A DNA stretch of 64,000 nucleotides from Trueperaceae bacterium. GTDB taxonomy: Bacteria > Deinococcota > Deinococci > Deinococcales > Trueperaceae. Location of the stretch: NCBI GenBank assembly GCA_040905465.1, contig JBBDRK010000067.1, positions 1-64,000 on the forward strand, given 5' to 3'. Shown here piece after piece: positions 46,160-54,883 of the stretch. Below the pieces are notes generated by a model. That model was given only the letters and a program-made list of their open reading frames with translations. It ran no database searches and was not told the DNA's origin. Both the position numbers and the translations under genes were made by a program. The first letter of the stretch is position 1, and the number at the start of each line of letters is the position of its first letter.

Positions 46160-46963
46160 TCAGTGGCTCAGGGCTTCGTACTCGGCCTGGTCTTCGTTCA
46201 GCAGCCGCAGCACCTGTGGCAGGAGAGTGCGAGTTGTGCTGAGTACTTGTGTAGCGTATATCGTCTCGTTTCCCGCCCAGTCGCCGAAGTAACCTCCAGC
46301 CTCTCGCAATATAGGGGGGAAGGGACCGCAGTCCCACGGCTTCAAGGGCGACTCCAGCATCAGTTCGATTCGACCGGTCGCCACCAGCAGGTGACCGTAA
46401 GCGTCGGACCAACCGGCCCGGTGATAGCAGGCTTCCTGAATGCGGGACCAAGAGGCGGCATGACCGTGTCTGCCGAAGCTCGAGGAGTCCGTTGAGGATA
46501 CGATTCCACGCCTGAGCTCGCCGACCTGTGACACTCGAGCAGGACGTCCATTCCAAAAGCAGCCCTGCCCCGAGGCGCCCGAGATCATCTCGTCCAGTCC
46601 CGGAAAGTAGGCAGCTCCGACGACGGATTCCCCGTCGATCTCCAGTCCTATCAGTACGGCGTAGAGCGGTACGCCTCGCATGAAGGCCTTGGTGCCGTCG
46701 ATCGGGTCTATCACCCACCGGAAGGAGGAGCCGTCGACCTCCTTGGCGCCATACTCCTCGCCCAGGATGGAATGGGAAGGAAAGCGGTCCTCTATCCTGG
46801 CCCGAATCAGCTCCTCCGCTCGGCGGTCGGCCACGGTTACCGGGCTGTCATCGCTCTTGAATTCGGGGCGGAGGCCGGACTGGAAGTAGCCGAGAGTCAG
46901 TCGGCCGGCGTCGAACGCCAGCTCGACCGCGAAGTCGGTAAACGATCGAAGGTCCGTGCTCAT
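46160..46963 (-). CDS. Inositol monophosphatase family (histidinol-phosphatase HisN-like)
   Basis: SPVT.AD..AE, GEE, WVIDPIDGT, PWD; ATG overlaps upstream stop. Confidence 0.88.
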   Translation of the reverse strand: MSTDLRSFTDFAVELAFDAGRLTLGYFQSGLRPEFKSDDSPVTVADRRAEELIRARIEDRFPSHSILGEEYGAKEVDGSSFRWVIDPIDGTKAFMRGVPLYAVLIGLEIDGESVVGAAYFPGLDEMISGASGQGCFWNGRPARVSQVGELRRGIVSSTDSSSFGRHGHAASWSRIQEACYHRAGWSDAYGHLLVATGRIELMLESPLKPWDCGPFPPILREAGGYFGDWAGNETIYATQVLSTTRTLLPQVLRLLNEDQAEYEALSH

Positions 46964-47748
46964 GCAGTGAAGATCTCTTCCACGGCGCGGCCTTCCCACA
47001 GAGGGGAGGGGTCGACACCGAGCATGCGAGTGATAGTGGGGGCGGTGTCCAACAGGCCGACCTGGCGCTCGATCGCGAAGTTTTCCTTGATACCCGGCCC
47101 GGCGGCCATCCACGGGATGGTCATGTCCTCGGCGCTGTCGGTTCCGTGGCTCCTGTCGTGACCGCCGTGGTCGCTGTGGACGACAACCGCTGTATCGTCC
47201 GCGAGGTTCTCCAGGATCAGACCCAGGTGGGCGTCCGACCGCTCCACCTGCCGGAGATAGCGGTCGCTCATCCAGCCGAAGTCGTGCCCGACCTCATCGA
47301 CGGTGGCCAGGTAGAGAAAGATGAAGTCGAACTCGCCCGAGCGCAGATATGGAATGGCGGCATTGACAGTGAGGTCGTCCGCCACTTCCGGATTTCTGGC
47401 GTAAGCGATGAGGGTGGACACGGAGAGGCGGCCGGGCCGGCTGAGGTCGCGCAACGGTTCCCAGGAGATAAAGCTGGCGCAACGCTTGCCCGCGTCGTTG
47501 ACCACTTCCACGAGTCCGGGCACCGGCCTCGCCATGGGCGTATAGGTGTTGACGAGAATGCCGTGGCGTTCAGGCGGGACGCTGTGGAAGATGCTCATAT
47601 GGCAGGGGAGACTGATCGACGGCATTACGGAACAGCCGGTGAGCGTGTAAGCTCCCCGGCCCATGATCGCTCTGAGGTTGGGAGTGTGAGCGGCGGCGAT
47701 GGCGTCCGGCCGCATGCCGTCGGTGCTTATGTAAACCACTTTGGTCAT
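46960..47748 (-). CDS. Alkaline phosphatase superfamily (nucleotide pyrophosphatase/phosphodiesterase-like)
   Basis: DGMRPD, PSISLPCH, D..GH..GW, SDHGG, HG, D.APT. Confidence 0.87.
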   Translation of the reverse strand: MTKVVYISTDGMRPDAIAAAHTPNLRAIMGRGAYTLTGCSVMPSISLPCHMSIFHSVPPERHGILVNTYTPMARPVPGLVEVVNDAGKRCASFISWEPLRDLSRPGRLSVSTLIAYARNPEVADDLTVNAAIPYLRSGEFDFIFLYLATVDEVGHDFGWMSDRYLRQVERSDAHLGLILENLADDTAVVVHSDHGGHDRSHGTDSAEDMTIPWMAAGPGIKENFAIERQVGLLDTAPTITRMLGVDPSPLWEGRAVEEIFTA

Positions 47749-47875
47749 TGCATGCTCCTCGTACGAGGTCGAGCGGATCCTGCTTGCGTAAGGGGTAATG
47801 CGCTACCGGCGATCCTTGCAAACGTTGCGGCTCTTGTCCGTCAGTTCACCTCCCGCTTCATAACTGTCGACCCGA

Positions 47876-49381
47876 TCACAGAGTGCACGCACGCTCGGCC
47901 CAGAGTCGCCAGCGTTCGTACTCGGCGTCTGCGTCCCCCCTCGACAGAGTTGGCTCGATAGGTTCGCGACCGGATCGAAGCGACCGGAGCTTGCTCTGGT
48001 CGATGAGCCCGGCGCCGACTCCGGCAAGCGCTGCCGCTCCGATGGCGGTGGCCTCACGGTGCTGGGCCAGCCGGACTGGTACGCCGAGCACGTCCGCCTG
48101 CCGCTGCATTAGATAGCGGTTGCGCGTCAGCCCACCGTCCACGTACAGGGCAGCGGGCCGGGGATATCCGGCTGCCCAGACGACCTCGAGAATGTCGCGA
48201 ACCCTGAAAGCGATCGAATCTAGAACGGCCCGAACGAGGTGGGCCCGGGTGGTGCCGCCGCTGAGGCCAGCAAAGACCCCGCGGACGTCCTGCTGCCACC
48301 ACGGCGAACCGAGGCCGGTCAGAGCCGGCAGAAAGGTGGCGCCGTTCGTGTCGCTCACACTCTCTGCCAATTCGGAGGTGTCGCCGGCATCGGCGATGAT
48401 TCCCACCTGCTTGAGCCATCTGATTGCCGTTCCGGCCGTGAAGGCGCCGCCATCGAGGGCGTATACCCGTTCAGCGTTCGTACTCCAAGCGGTAACGGCC
48501 AGGAGGCCCTCCGGCCGAACGGGGATCTCGCTGCCCGCATTGACCAGCACGAAGCAGCCGGTGCCGTAGGTGACCTTTATGTCGCCCGCATCGAGGCAGC
48601 CATTGCCGACGAGCGCGGCCGGCTGGTCGACGAGGCTCGCTCGCCAGGGAAGCGGACGGCTCCAGAGCGAGTCGTTCAGCTCGCTCCAGTCACCGACAGA
48701 GGGCTGGATCGCTGCCAGCGCCTGGCTCGGTACCCCGAACAGTTCCGCCAGTTCAGGGTCCCAGGCGTCGCCTCCCAGGCGAAGCAGTTGAGTCCGTGAG
48801 GCGGTCGAGTGGTCGGTGCTGAAGCGCTCGCCCGCCAGCCGCCAGGCCAGCCAGGTGTCGAGAGTGCCCAAAGCGAGGTAATCGCCTGCCGCCGCCTGAG
48901 CCACCGGTTCGTTGTTTTCCAGGAGCCAGGACAGCTTCGCTGCCGAGAAGTAGGAGTCGAGGCGGAGCCCGGTGAGGTCCTCGATCCGTTCGTCCCAACC
49001 GGCGCCGCGCAACCGCTCGGTGACCGAATGGGCTCGGGTGTCCGACCAGACGATGGCGGGGGCCAGCGCTTCCCCCGTCTCGCGGTTCCAGGCCACCACC
49101 GTTTCACCCTGGTTGGCCAGACCCGCCGCCCACGGACCGTCCCGTTCGCCGACTCGGTCGAGCACCTCTTTGACAGCTTCCCGGACGGTTCCAACAATCT
49201 CTTCCGGGTCCTGTTCCACCCATCCCGGTTGGGGGTAGCGGTTGGGGAGTTCACGGTAAGCCTCGGCGACCAGACCCAATTCGGTGTCGATAGCCGCGCA
49301 CGTGGTTCCGGTAGTACCCTGATCGATCCCTATCAGCACGGTCCGTTCACTCCGCGCAACACGTTCAGCCGTTGCCACCAC
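47876..49381 (-). CDS. FGGY-family kinase, glycerol kinase-like
   Basis: IDQGTTGT, PQPGWVEQDP, YFSA.K, TD.STASRT, DQ, TYGTGCF, VDGG..N. Confidence 0.88.
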   Translation of the reverse strand: MVATAERVARSERTVLIGIDQGTTGTTCAAIDTELGLVAEAYRELPNRYPQPGWVEQDPEEIVGTVREAVKEVLDRVGERDGPWAAGLANQGETVVAWNRETGEALAPAIVWSDTRAHSVTERLRGAGWDERIEDLTGLRLDSYFSAAKLSWLLENNEPVAQAAAGDYLALGTLDTWLAWRLAGERFSTDHSTASRTQLLRLGGDAWDPELAELFGVPSQALAAIQPSVGDWSELNDSLWSRPLPWRASLVDQPAALVGNGCLDAGDIKVTYGTGCFVLVNAGSEIPVRPEGLLAVTAWSTNAERVYALDGGAFTAGTAIRWLKQVGIIADAGDTSELAESVSDTNGATFLPALTGLGSPWWQQDVRGVFAGLSGGTTRAHLVRAVLDSIAFRVRDILEVVWAAGYPRPAALYVDGGLTRNRYLMQRQADVLGVPVRLAQHREATAIGAAALAGVGAGLIDQSKLRSLRSGREPIEPTLSRGDADAEYERWRLWAERACTL

Positions 49382-50490
49382 GGCATCGTCGCTTCGTCGA
49401 GTATGGCCGGCTGGAGTGTGTCGACAGGCCGCGGAGTGAACCCTCGTTCAACGAGCATCCCCATTACATAGCGCGAAATCCCGAGGCATGCCGAGAGGCC
49501 GGTGGAACGGATTGCCGCCACGTTCAACAGCCACGGATTGTGGCCGGACCACTCCACGATGTAGTTGTGCGGGTGGCCCACCGGCCGTAGGCCCGCCCAG
49601 GAGTCGACGGTCTCGAGCCGGGCGACTTCCGGAAAGATAGCAGCGGCCTGCGCGCGCACCGCCTCCAACTCGTTCCTCCTGGGACGCCAATCCTCCTTGT
49701 CGTCCTGGTCAACGGCACTCGGGCCCGCGCACAGGTGACCGTAGATGGTCGGGAACACCAGTACCCCTTTGGTCCGCTTGTCCGGTACTGGCAGTAGGAT
49801 GTGCCGGACCAGAGCGGCGCTACCCTGGTCGAACACCGCAAATTCCCCTCTGCGAGCCGAGATGCGGAAGGAGCCGTCGCCGGCGACCTCGTCGCCGTAG
49901 AGCCCGGCGCAGTTCACCACGTACGAGGCCGAAACCGAACCGGCGTCACTGCGTACCGTGGCGGCACCGTCTTTGTGGACGACTTCATTCACTCGCCATC
50001 CCAGGCGGAGGTGTGTGCCGGTCGAGAGGAGTCGCCGAACGACTTCGAACGGATCGGTTATTGCTTCGCCGGGTACGAGAAGACCGCCTACCGACCTTGC
50101 GTTCGGCTCGAGTTCGCGCGTCCCTGCTTCGTCCAACAGGCGGGTAGGAACGCCGTTCTTGCGAGCGTTCTCGGCGAGGGACGGGAGCTGCGAGCATTGC
50201 TCCTCGTTCGTGGCCAGCAGCAGAGCCCCGGGGACGCGGAACGGAATGCCGAGCTCTCGGAAGAGATCGGGCCAGCGCCTTCCCTGCTCGAGGATCATCT
50301 CCGTTTCGAGCGATCCGGGCGTCGAGTCGAAGCCGGTATGGAGAATTCCGGAGTTGGAGCGACTGGCGCCTGCCGCCGGTTCAGGTCCGGCTTCGACCAC
50401 CAGGGTTCTCGCCCCGCAGGCGGAAAGGTCGTGTGCGACGGCCGCTCCAACGAGTCCGGCGCCAACTACGACGACATCGAAATGTTCCAT
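49333..50490 (-). CDS. FAD-dependent oxidoreductase (GlpA/LhgO-like)
   Basis: GAGLVG, GASRSNSGILHTG, NCAGL..D, RRGEF, TKGVLV.PT, AGLRP, IRSTGLSA. Confidence 0.87.
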   Translation of the reverse strand: MEHFDVVVVGAGLVGAAVAHDLSACGARTLVVEAGPEPAAGASRSNSGILHTGFDSTPGSLETEMILEQGRRWPDLFRELGIPFRVPGALLLATNEEQCSQLPSLAENARKNGVPTRLLDEAGTRELEPNARSVGGLLVPGEAITDPFEVVRRLLSTGTHLRLGWRVNEVVHKDGAATVRSDAGSVSASYVVNCAGLYGDEVAGDGSFRISARRGEFAVFDQGSAALVRHILLPVPDKRTKGVLVFPTIYGHLCAGPSAVDQDDKEDWRPRRNELEAVRAQAAAIFPEVARLETVDSWAGLRPVGHPHNYIVEWSGHNPWLLNVAAIRSTGLSACLGISRYVMGMLVERGFTPRPVDTLQPAILDEATMPWWQRLNVLRGVNGPC

Positions 50491-50594
50491 GATGGGTCAG
50501 GTCTCCTGGCCTTTGGCATGCATGTCACAATCCTCCGACGAAAGACGCGCATGTCGTGGGAATGGACGTGCTACGAGCCGAAAGACGTTGCCGC

Positions 50595-51671
50595 TCACAG
50601 GGCGGATCTCGTGAAGTCCTGCTGCAACACTCCGTGTAGCTCGAGTTCTTCGGTGAAGTGGCAGGCAGCCAAGTGACCGGACCCTACCGGCTTCAGCGCA
50701 GGCTTCTCTTCTCGGCAACGGTTCTGGGCGAATCGACATCGTGTGTGGAACGCGCACCCGCCGGGAGGGTCCGACGGGTCGGGTCGTTCGCCCGTCAGGA
50801 GGACAGGGTTCATCGGCTTGTCCGGATCCGCCGTGGGGATGGCCGACAGCAGCGCCTCGGTATATGGATGTCGGGGAGCATTGAAGAGCCTCGCTGTGGG
50901 CCCCGTTTCGATAATTCTCCCGAGGTACATGACCGCGACACGATCACTTACCTGGGACACGACCGCCAGGTCGTGGGCGATGAACAGGTAGGTGAGCTCC
51001 AGGTCGCGCTGCAGCCGCTTGAGAAGATTGAGGATCTGCGCCTGAATCGACACGTCGAGGGCGGACACCGCCTCGTCGCACACCACGAACTCGGGATCGA
51101 GTATCAAGGCTCTGGCAATTGCGATGCGCTGCCGCTGCCCGCCGCTGAATGCGTGCGGGTGGCGTCCGAGTTGCTCGGTGGACAAGCCACACTTGATGGC
51201 GATGTTGCGTATGCGTGACTCCAGATCCACACCCTTGGCGAGACCGTGAGCTACGAGCGGCTCTCCGATGATGTCGCGAACCGTCATGCGCGGGTTGAGA
51301 GAGGAGAAGGGGTCCTGAAAGATCATCTGCATATTTCGCCAGACTCGCCGCAGGCCACGGCGGTCGAGCTGCATGACCTCATCGACGCCACCGTGCTGGC
51401 CATGGAAGCGAACGCTACCTCGACTGGCCGGCACCGCTCGCAACAGTGCCCTTCCCAGCGTCGTCTTGCCGGATCCGCTCTCGCCTACCAGGCCCAGTGT
51501 CTCGCCGCGATGCACCTTCAGGCTCACGCCGTCGACCGCTCGCAGGACCTGTTTCGCCCGGCCACCCCCGCGGGAGCGCCGTACCGCGAACTCTACCGTC
51601 AGATCGTTCACCTCGAGCAGCACCTCGCTTGTCGGCGAACAAGAGGCGGCGATCTTCTGCTTCTCAGTCAT
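50595..51671 (-). CDS. Oligopeptide-type ABC ATPase (OppF-like)
   Basis: GESGSGKT, FSGGQRQR, CDEAVSALD, HPYT, C.FH.RC. Confidence 0.94.
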   Translation of the reverse strand: MTEKQKIAASCSPTSEVLLEVNDLTVEFAVRRSRGGGRAKQVLRAVDGVSLKVHRGETLGLVGESGSGKTTLGRALLRAVPASRGSVRFHGQHGGVDEVMQLDRRGLRRVWRNMQMIFQDPFSSLNPRMTVRDIIGEPLVAHGLAKGVDLESRIRNIAIKCGLSTEQLGRHPHAFSGGQRQRIAIARALILDPEFVVCDEAVSALDVSIQAQILNLLKRLQRDLELTYLFIAHDLAVVSQVSDRVAVMYLGRIIETGPTARLFNAPRHPYTEALLSAIPTADPDKPMNPVLLTGERPDPSDPPGGCAFHTRCRFAQNRCREEKPALKPVGSGHLAACHFTEELELHGVLQQDFTRSAL

Positions 51672-52665
51672 ACAGGAAACAACTCACCCTGTGGCCAGCC
51701 TCCAGTTCGATCTCTCCGGGAAACCGGCTGTCGCACTTGCCCACCATGAAGGAGTCACAGCGAGGGTGAAAGGTGCAACCGGTCGGTAGGTCGAAGAGTC
51801 CCGGCACGTTGCCGCGAATAGACTTCAGCTCACCTGTTCCTGCCAGTTCTTCGATTCGAGGCGTTGCCGCCAGGAGCTCCCGGGTGTAAGGGTGGCGCGG
51901 AGCCTTGAACACCTCCTTCTTCGGGCCCTGCTCGACGAGCTTGCCGGTGTACATGACAGCCACCTGGTCGGCGATCTGGGCTACGACACCGAGATCGTGG
52001 GTGATGAAGAGGACCGCCATGCCGAACTCCAGTTGGATCTCCCGCAACAGCTCGAGAATCTGTGCCTGGATGGTGACGTCGAGTGCTGTGGTGGGTTCGT
52101 CCGCCACCAACAGAGCGGGATTACAGGCAAGGGCCTTCGCGATCATCGCCCGTTGCCTCATTCCACCGGAGAACTCGTGCGGATAGCGGTCGACCGCTCG
52201 TGCCGGATCGGCGATCTGTACCCGGTCCAGCATCTCGATCGCCCGCGTTCGCATCTCCTTGCGGCTCATCGCGCTGTGAGCGCGAAGGACCTCGACGATG
52301 TGATCGCCGATCGTATGGACCGGCGAGAACGAGCTCATCGGTTCCTGAAAGATCATCGCGATGTCGTTTCCGCGAATGCGCCTCATGACGGGCCCGTCGG
52401 CCGGCACTTGGGCCAGGTCGACCGTGGCACCGAGGCGCTCGGAGTGAAAGCGAATCGCGCCTCGGTGGATCGCCAGGTTGTTGGGTAGCAGTCCGAGCAG
52501 AGCCTGGGCGGTGACACTCTTGCCCGATCCGCTCTCGCCGACCAGGGCCACCACATCACCCGGCTCGATGGCGAACTTCACGTCGTCCACCAACGCCACC
52601 AGTCCGGCTTCCATGTTGAGGGAGATTGTCAGGCCGTCGACTTCCAACAGCGGGGAGGCGCTCAC
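51664..52665 (-). CDS. Oligopeptide-type ABC ATPase (OppD-like)
   Basis: [28 protein letters not shown] 52665 overlaps upstream stop. Confidence 0.93.
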   Translation of the reverse strand: MSASPLLEVDGLTISLNMEAGLVALVDDVKFAIEPGDVVALVGESGSGKSVTAQALLGLLPNNLAIHRGAIRFHSERLGATVDLAQVPADGPVMRRIRGNDIAMIFQEPMSSFSPVHTIGDHIVEVLRAHSAMSRKEMRTRAIEMLDRVQIADPARAVDRYPHEFSGGMRQRAMIAKALACNPALLVADEPTTALDVTIQAQILELLREIQLEFGMAVLFITHDLGVVAQIADQVAVMYTGKLVEQGPKKEVFKAPRHPYTRELLAATPRIEELAGTGELKSIRGNVPGLFDLPTGCTFHPRCDSFMVGKCDSRFPGEIELEAGHRVSCFLYD

Positions 52666-53807
52666 TTGGATGTCTCCTTGGCGTAGGGGTCGGCCGCATC
52701 GCGCAGCCCGTCTCCGACGAAACTGAAGGCCAACACCGCTATGATGACGAAGATGCCGGGAATCAGCAACCAGGGCATGTGGGCGATGGAGCGAACGTTC
52801 TGGGCGGCGTAGAGCAGTACTCCCCAACTTTCGACCGGTTCGCGCAGACCGAGGCCCAGGAAGCTTAGTGCCGTTTCGGCCAGCAGGATCTCTGGGAACG
52901 CGATGGTCATGTCGACGATCAGATAGCTCATGAACGACGGCAGCAGATGGCGTCCTATGATACGAGCGTCGCTGCAGCCGGAGAGTCGCGCCGCTAGCAC
53001 GAAGTCCTCGTGCCTCACGGATAGCAGCTTGCTGCGCACCGTGCGGGCGAGCCAGGTCCAACCGATCAGGGCGAGGATCACGGTGATTGCCAGATATGTC
53101 TGAAGCGGAGTCCAGTCGCGCGGGACGGCAGCGCTCAGCGCCATCCACAGGGGTAGCGTGGGGATCGAACGGATGAACTCGATGAGACGCATTATCGCGC
53201 TGTCGACCACGCCGCCGTAGAGGCCGGCAATTCCCCCGATTATCGATCCCAGGACGAACGCCACCAGGACGCCGACAGCCCCCACAGACAGCGAGACACG
53301 CGTGGCGTAGAGGGTCCGCGAAAAGATGTCACGCCCGATGCTGTCCGTTCCGAACAGGTGAATCGTTTCGGACTCCGTGCCGAAGAGATGGATGTTCGTT
53401 CTAAGTAGACCCCAGAATTTGTACTCCTGGCCCCGTACGAAAAAGTAGATCGGCCACTTCTCGGATCGGTCGACCGTGGGGATCATGCGCAACGTCACCG
53501 GATCGCGTGTGAGGTCACGGCCATAAATGAAGGGGCGTAGCTGTAACCCGCTTTCGCGGTCGCTCCAACGAACGACTGTGGGTGGTCCGCTCAGGTATTG
53601 AGCATTCCGGGTTCCCGATGCGTAAGGGGCGAAGAACCCTGCAAACAGGCCGAGGCAGGTCAGCATTCCGAGAACGACGAGTCCGGTCAGGGCGATGCGA
53701 TGGCGCTTGAACCTCCACCAGATGAGCTGCCACTGGGTTGCGCTGTCGGTTCGGCGAACACGACCGCGGGGTTGCGTCAGGAAGCGTGCCGATGCGGCTG
53801 CCTTCAT
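52662..53807 (-). CDS. Peptide-type ABC permease (DppC-like)
   Basis: FGTD..GRD, EDFV.AARLSG, ETALSFLGLG, SWG. Confidence 0.92.
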   Translation of the reverse strand: MKAAASARFLTQPRGRVRRTDSATQWQLIWWRFKRHRIALTGLVVLGMLTCLGLFAGFFAPYASGTRNAQYLSGPPTVVRWSDRESGLQLRPFIYGRDLTRDPVTLRMIPTVDRSEKWPIYFFVRGQEYKFWGLLRTNIHLFGTESETIHLFGTDSIGRDIFSRTLYATRVSLSVGAVGVLVAFVLGSIIGGIAGLYGGVVDSAIMRLIEFIRSIPTLPLWMALSAAVPRDWTPLQTYLAITVILALIGWTWLARTVRSKLLSVRHEDFVLAARLSGCSDARIIGRHLLPSFMSYLIVDMTIAFPEILLAETALSFLGLGLREPVESWGVLLYAAQNVRSIAHMPWLLIPGIFVIIAVLAFSFVGDGLRDAADPYAKETSK

Positions 53808-53808
53808 A

Positions 53809-54804
53809 TCATCCGCTCAACTGGATCCGCGGGTCCAGCAGGGCGAGGAGTATGTCGGAGACGAACGTTCCGATTACCGTCAGGGCGCAGAAGATGAATA
53901 CCAGGGCGCCCGCGAGCTGCATGTCCTGGTTGAGCAGCGACTTCAGGAAGAGGGGGCCGGTATCGGGGAGGCCCATGACCACCCCCACGATCGGGGCTCC
54001 CGAGATGACGTAAGTCAGTCGCCAGCCGAGGGTCGCAACGATCGGTATCAGTGCCAGGCGCACCGGATACTTGATGAGCAGGCGCAGCGGGTGAATTCCG
54101 CCGGCGCGGGCGGCGACGACATACATCTTGTCGAGCTCGTCGAGCAGCACCGCTCGCATCGAGCGGACCAGGAATGCGGTGCCTGCCGTGCCCAGGACCA
54201 CCACCGGAACCCACAGATGGGCCAGGAGATCGATGAATTTGGCCCAAGTGAACGGCTGCCCTTCGAAGTGTGGCGAGAAGAGGCCGCCGACACTCTGACC
54301 GAACCACTGTTGACCGAAATACATCATTATCAGTGCCAGCAGAAAGTTCGGCGTCGCCAGGCCGATGTACCCGATCAGGGAGAAGCTGTGATCTGCGATG
54401 GAGTACTGGCGTACGGCGGAGTAGATGCCGATAGGTAGAGCGATGCCGTACATGAACAAGAGAGTGCTGAAAGCGAGTGCCAGGGTGAGCGGCAGGCGAT
54501 CGGCGATCAGTTCCGAAACAGGCCGCTGCCACTCCCACGAAAATCCGAAGTCGAGACGAAGGAAGATTCCCGAGATCCACGAGAGGTACTGGACGTACCA
54601 GGGTCGGTCGAGACCGAGATTGTGGCGCAGGTTGAGCAACTCGGCCTGCGTGAATGCAGCTCCCGTCTGATTCTTCTGAGCAACGTAGGCGTCGGCGAAA
54701 TCCCCGGGTGGTAGCTGGATGATCACGAACGCAACTACCGATACCGCCAGCAACGTGCCGACCATCGACAGGAGCCGGAAGCCCAGGAAGCGTAATACGT
54801 TCAC
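53809..54804 (-). CDS. Peptide-type ABC permease (DppB-like)
   Basis: QLPPGD, GLDRP, YV..ARA.G, LDPRI; GAGAGG before GTG 54804. Confidence 0.92.
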   Translation of the reverse strand: MNVLRFLGFRLLSMVGTLLAVSVVAFVIIQLPPGDFADAYVAQKNQTGAAFTQAELLNLRHNLGLDRPWYVQYLSWISGIFLRLDFGFSWEWQRPVSELIADRLPLTLALAFSTLLFMYGIALPIGIYSAVRQYSIADHSFSLIGYIGLATPNFLLALIMMYFGQQWFGQSVGGLFSPHFEGQPFTWAKFIDLLAHLWVPVVVLGTAGTAFLVRSMRAVLLDELDKMYVVAARAGGIHPLRLLIKYPVRLALIPIVATLGWRLTYVISGAPIVGVVMGLPDTGPLFLKSLLNQDMQLAGALVFIFCALTVIGTFVSDILLALLDPRIQLSG

Positions 54805-54842
54805 AGGTCGATCCTCTCGTCGACGGGTGGTGCTTCTGGATG

Positions 54843-54872
54843 TGTGGGCCCGGATATAGCTCCGGGCCCACA
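54843..54872. terminator. GC-rich hairpin just after the SBP gene
   Basis: tgtgggcccgga-tatagc-tccgggcccaca perfect 12-bp stem. Confidence 0.65.
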
Positions 54873-54883
54873 AGGCTGACGGT

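Noticed and set aside
46160..46963. Assigning hisN
   Set aside because: The family fits, but the context is catabolic and IMPase-family specificity cannot be read from motifs
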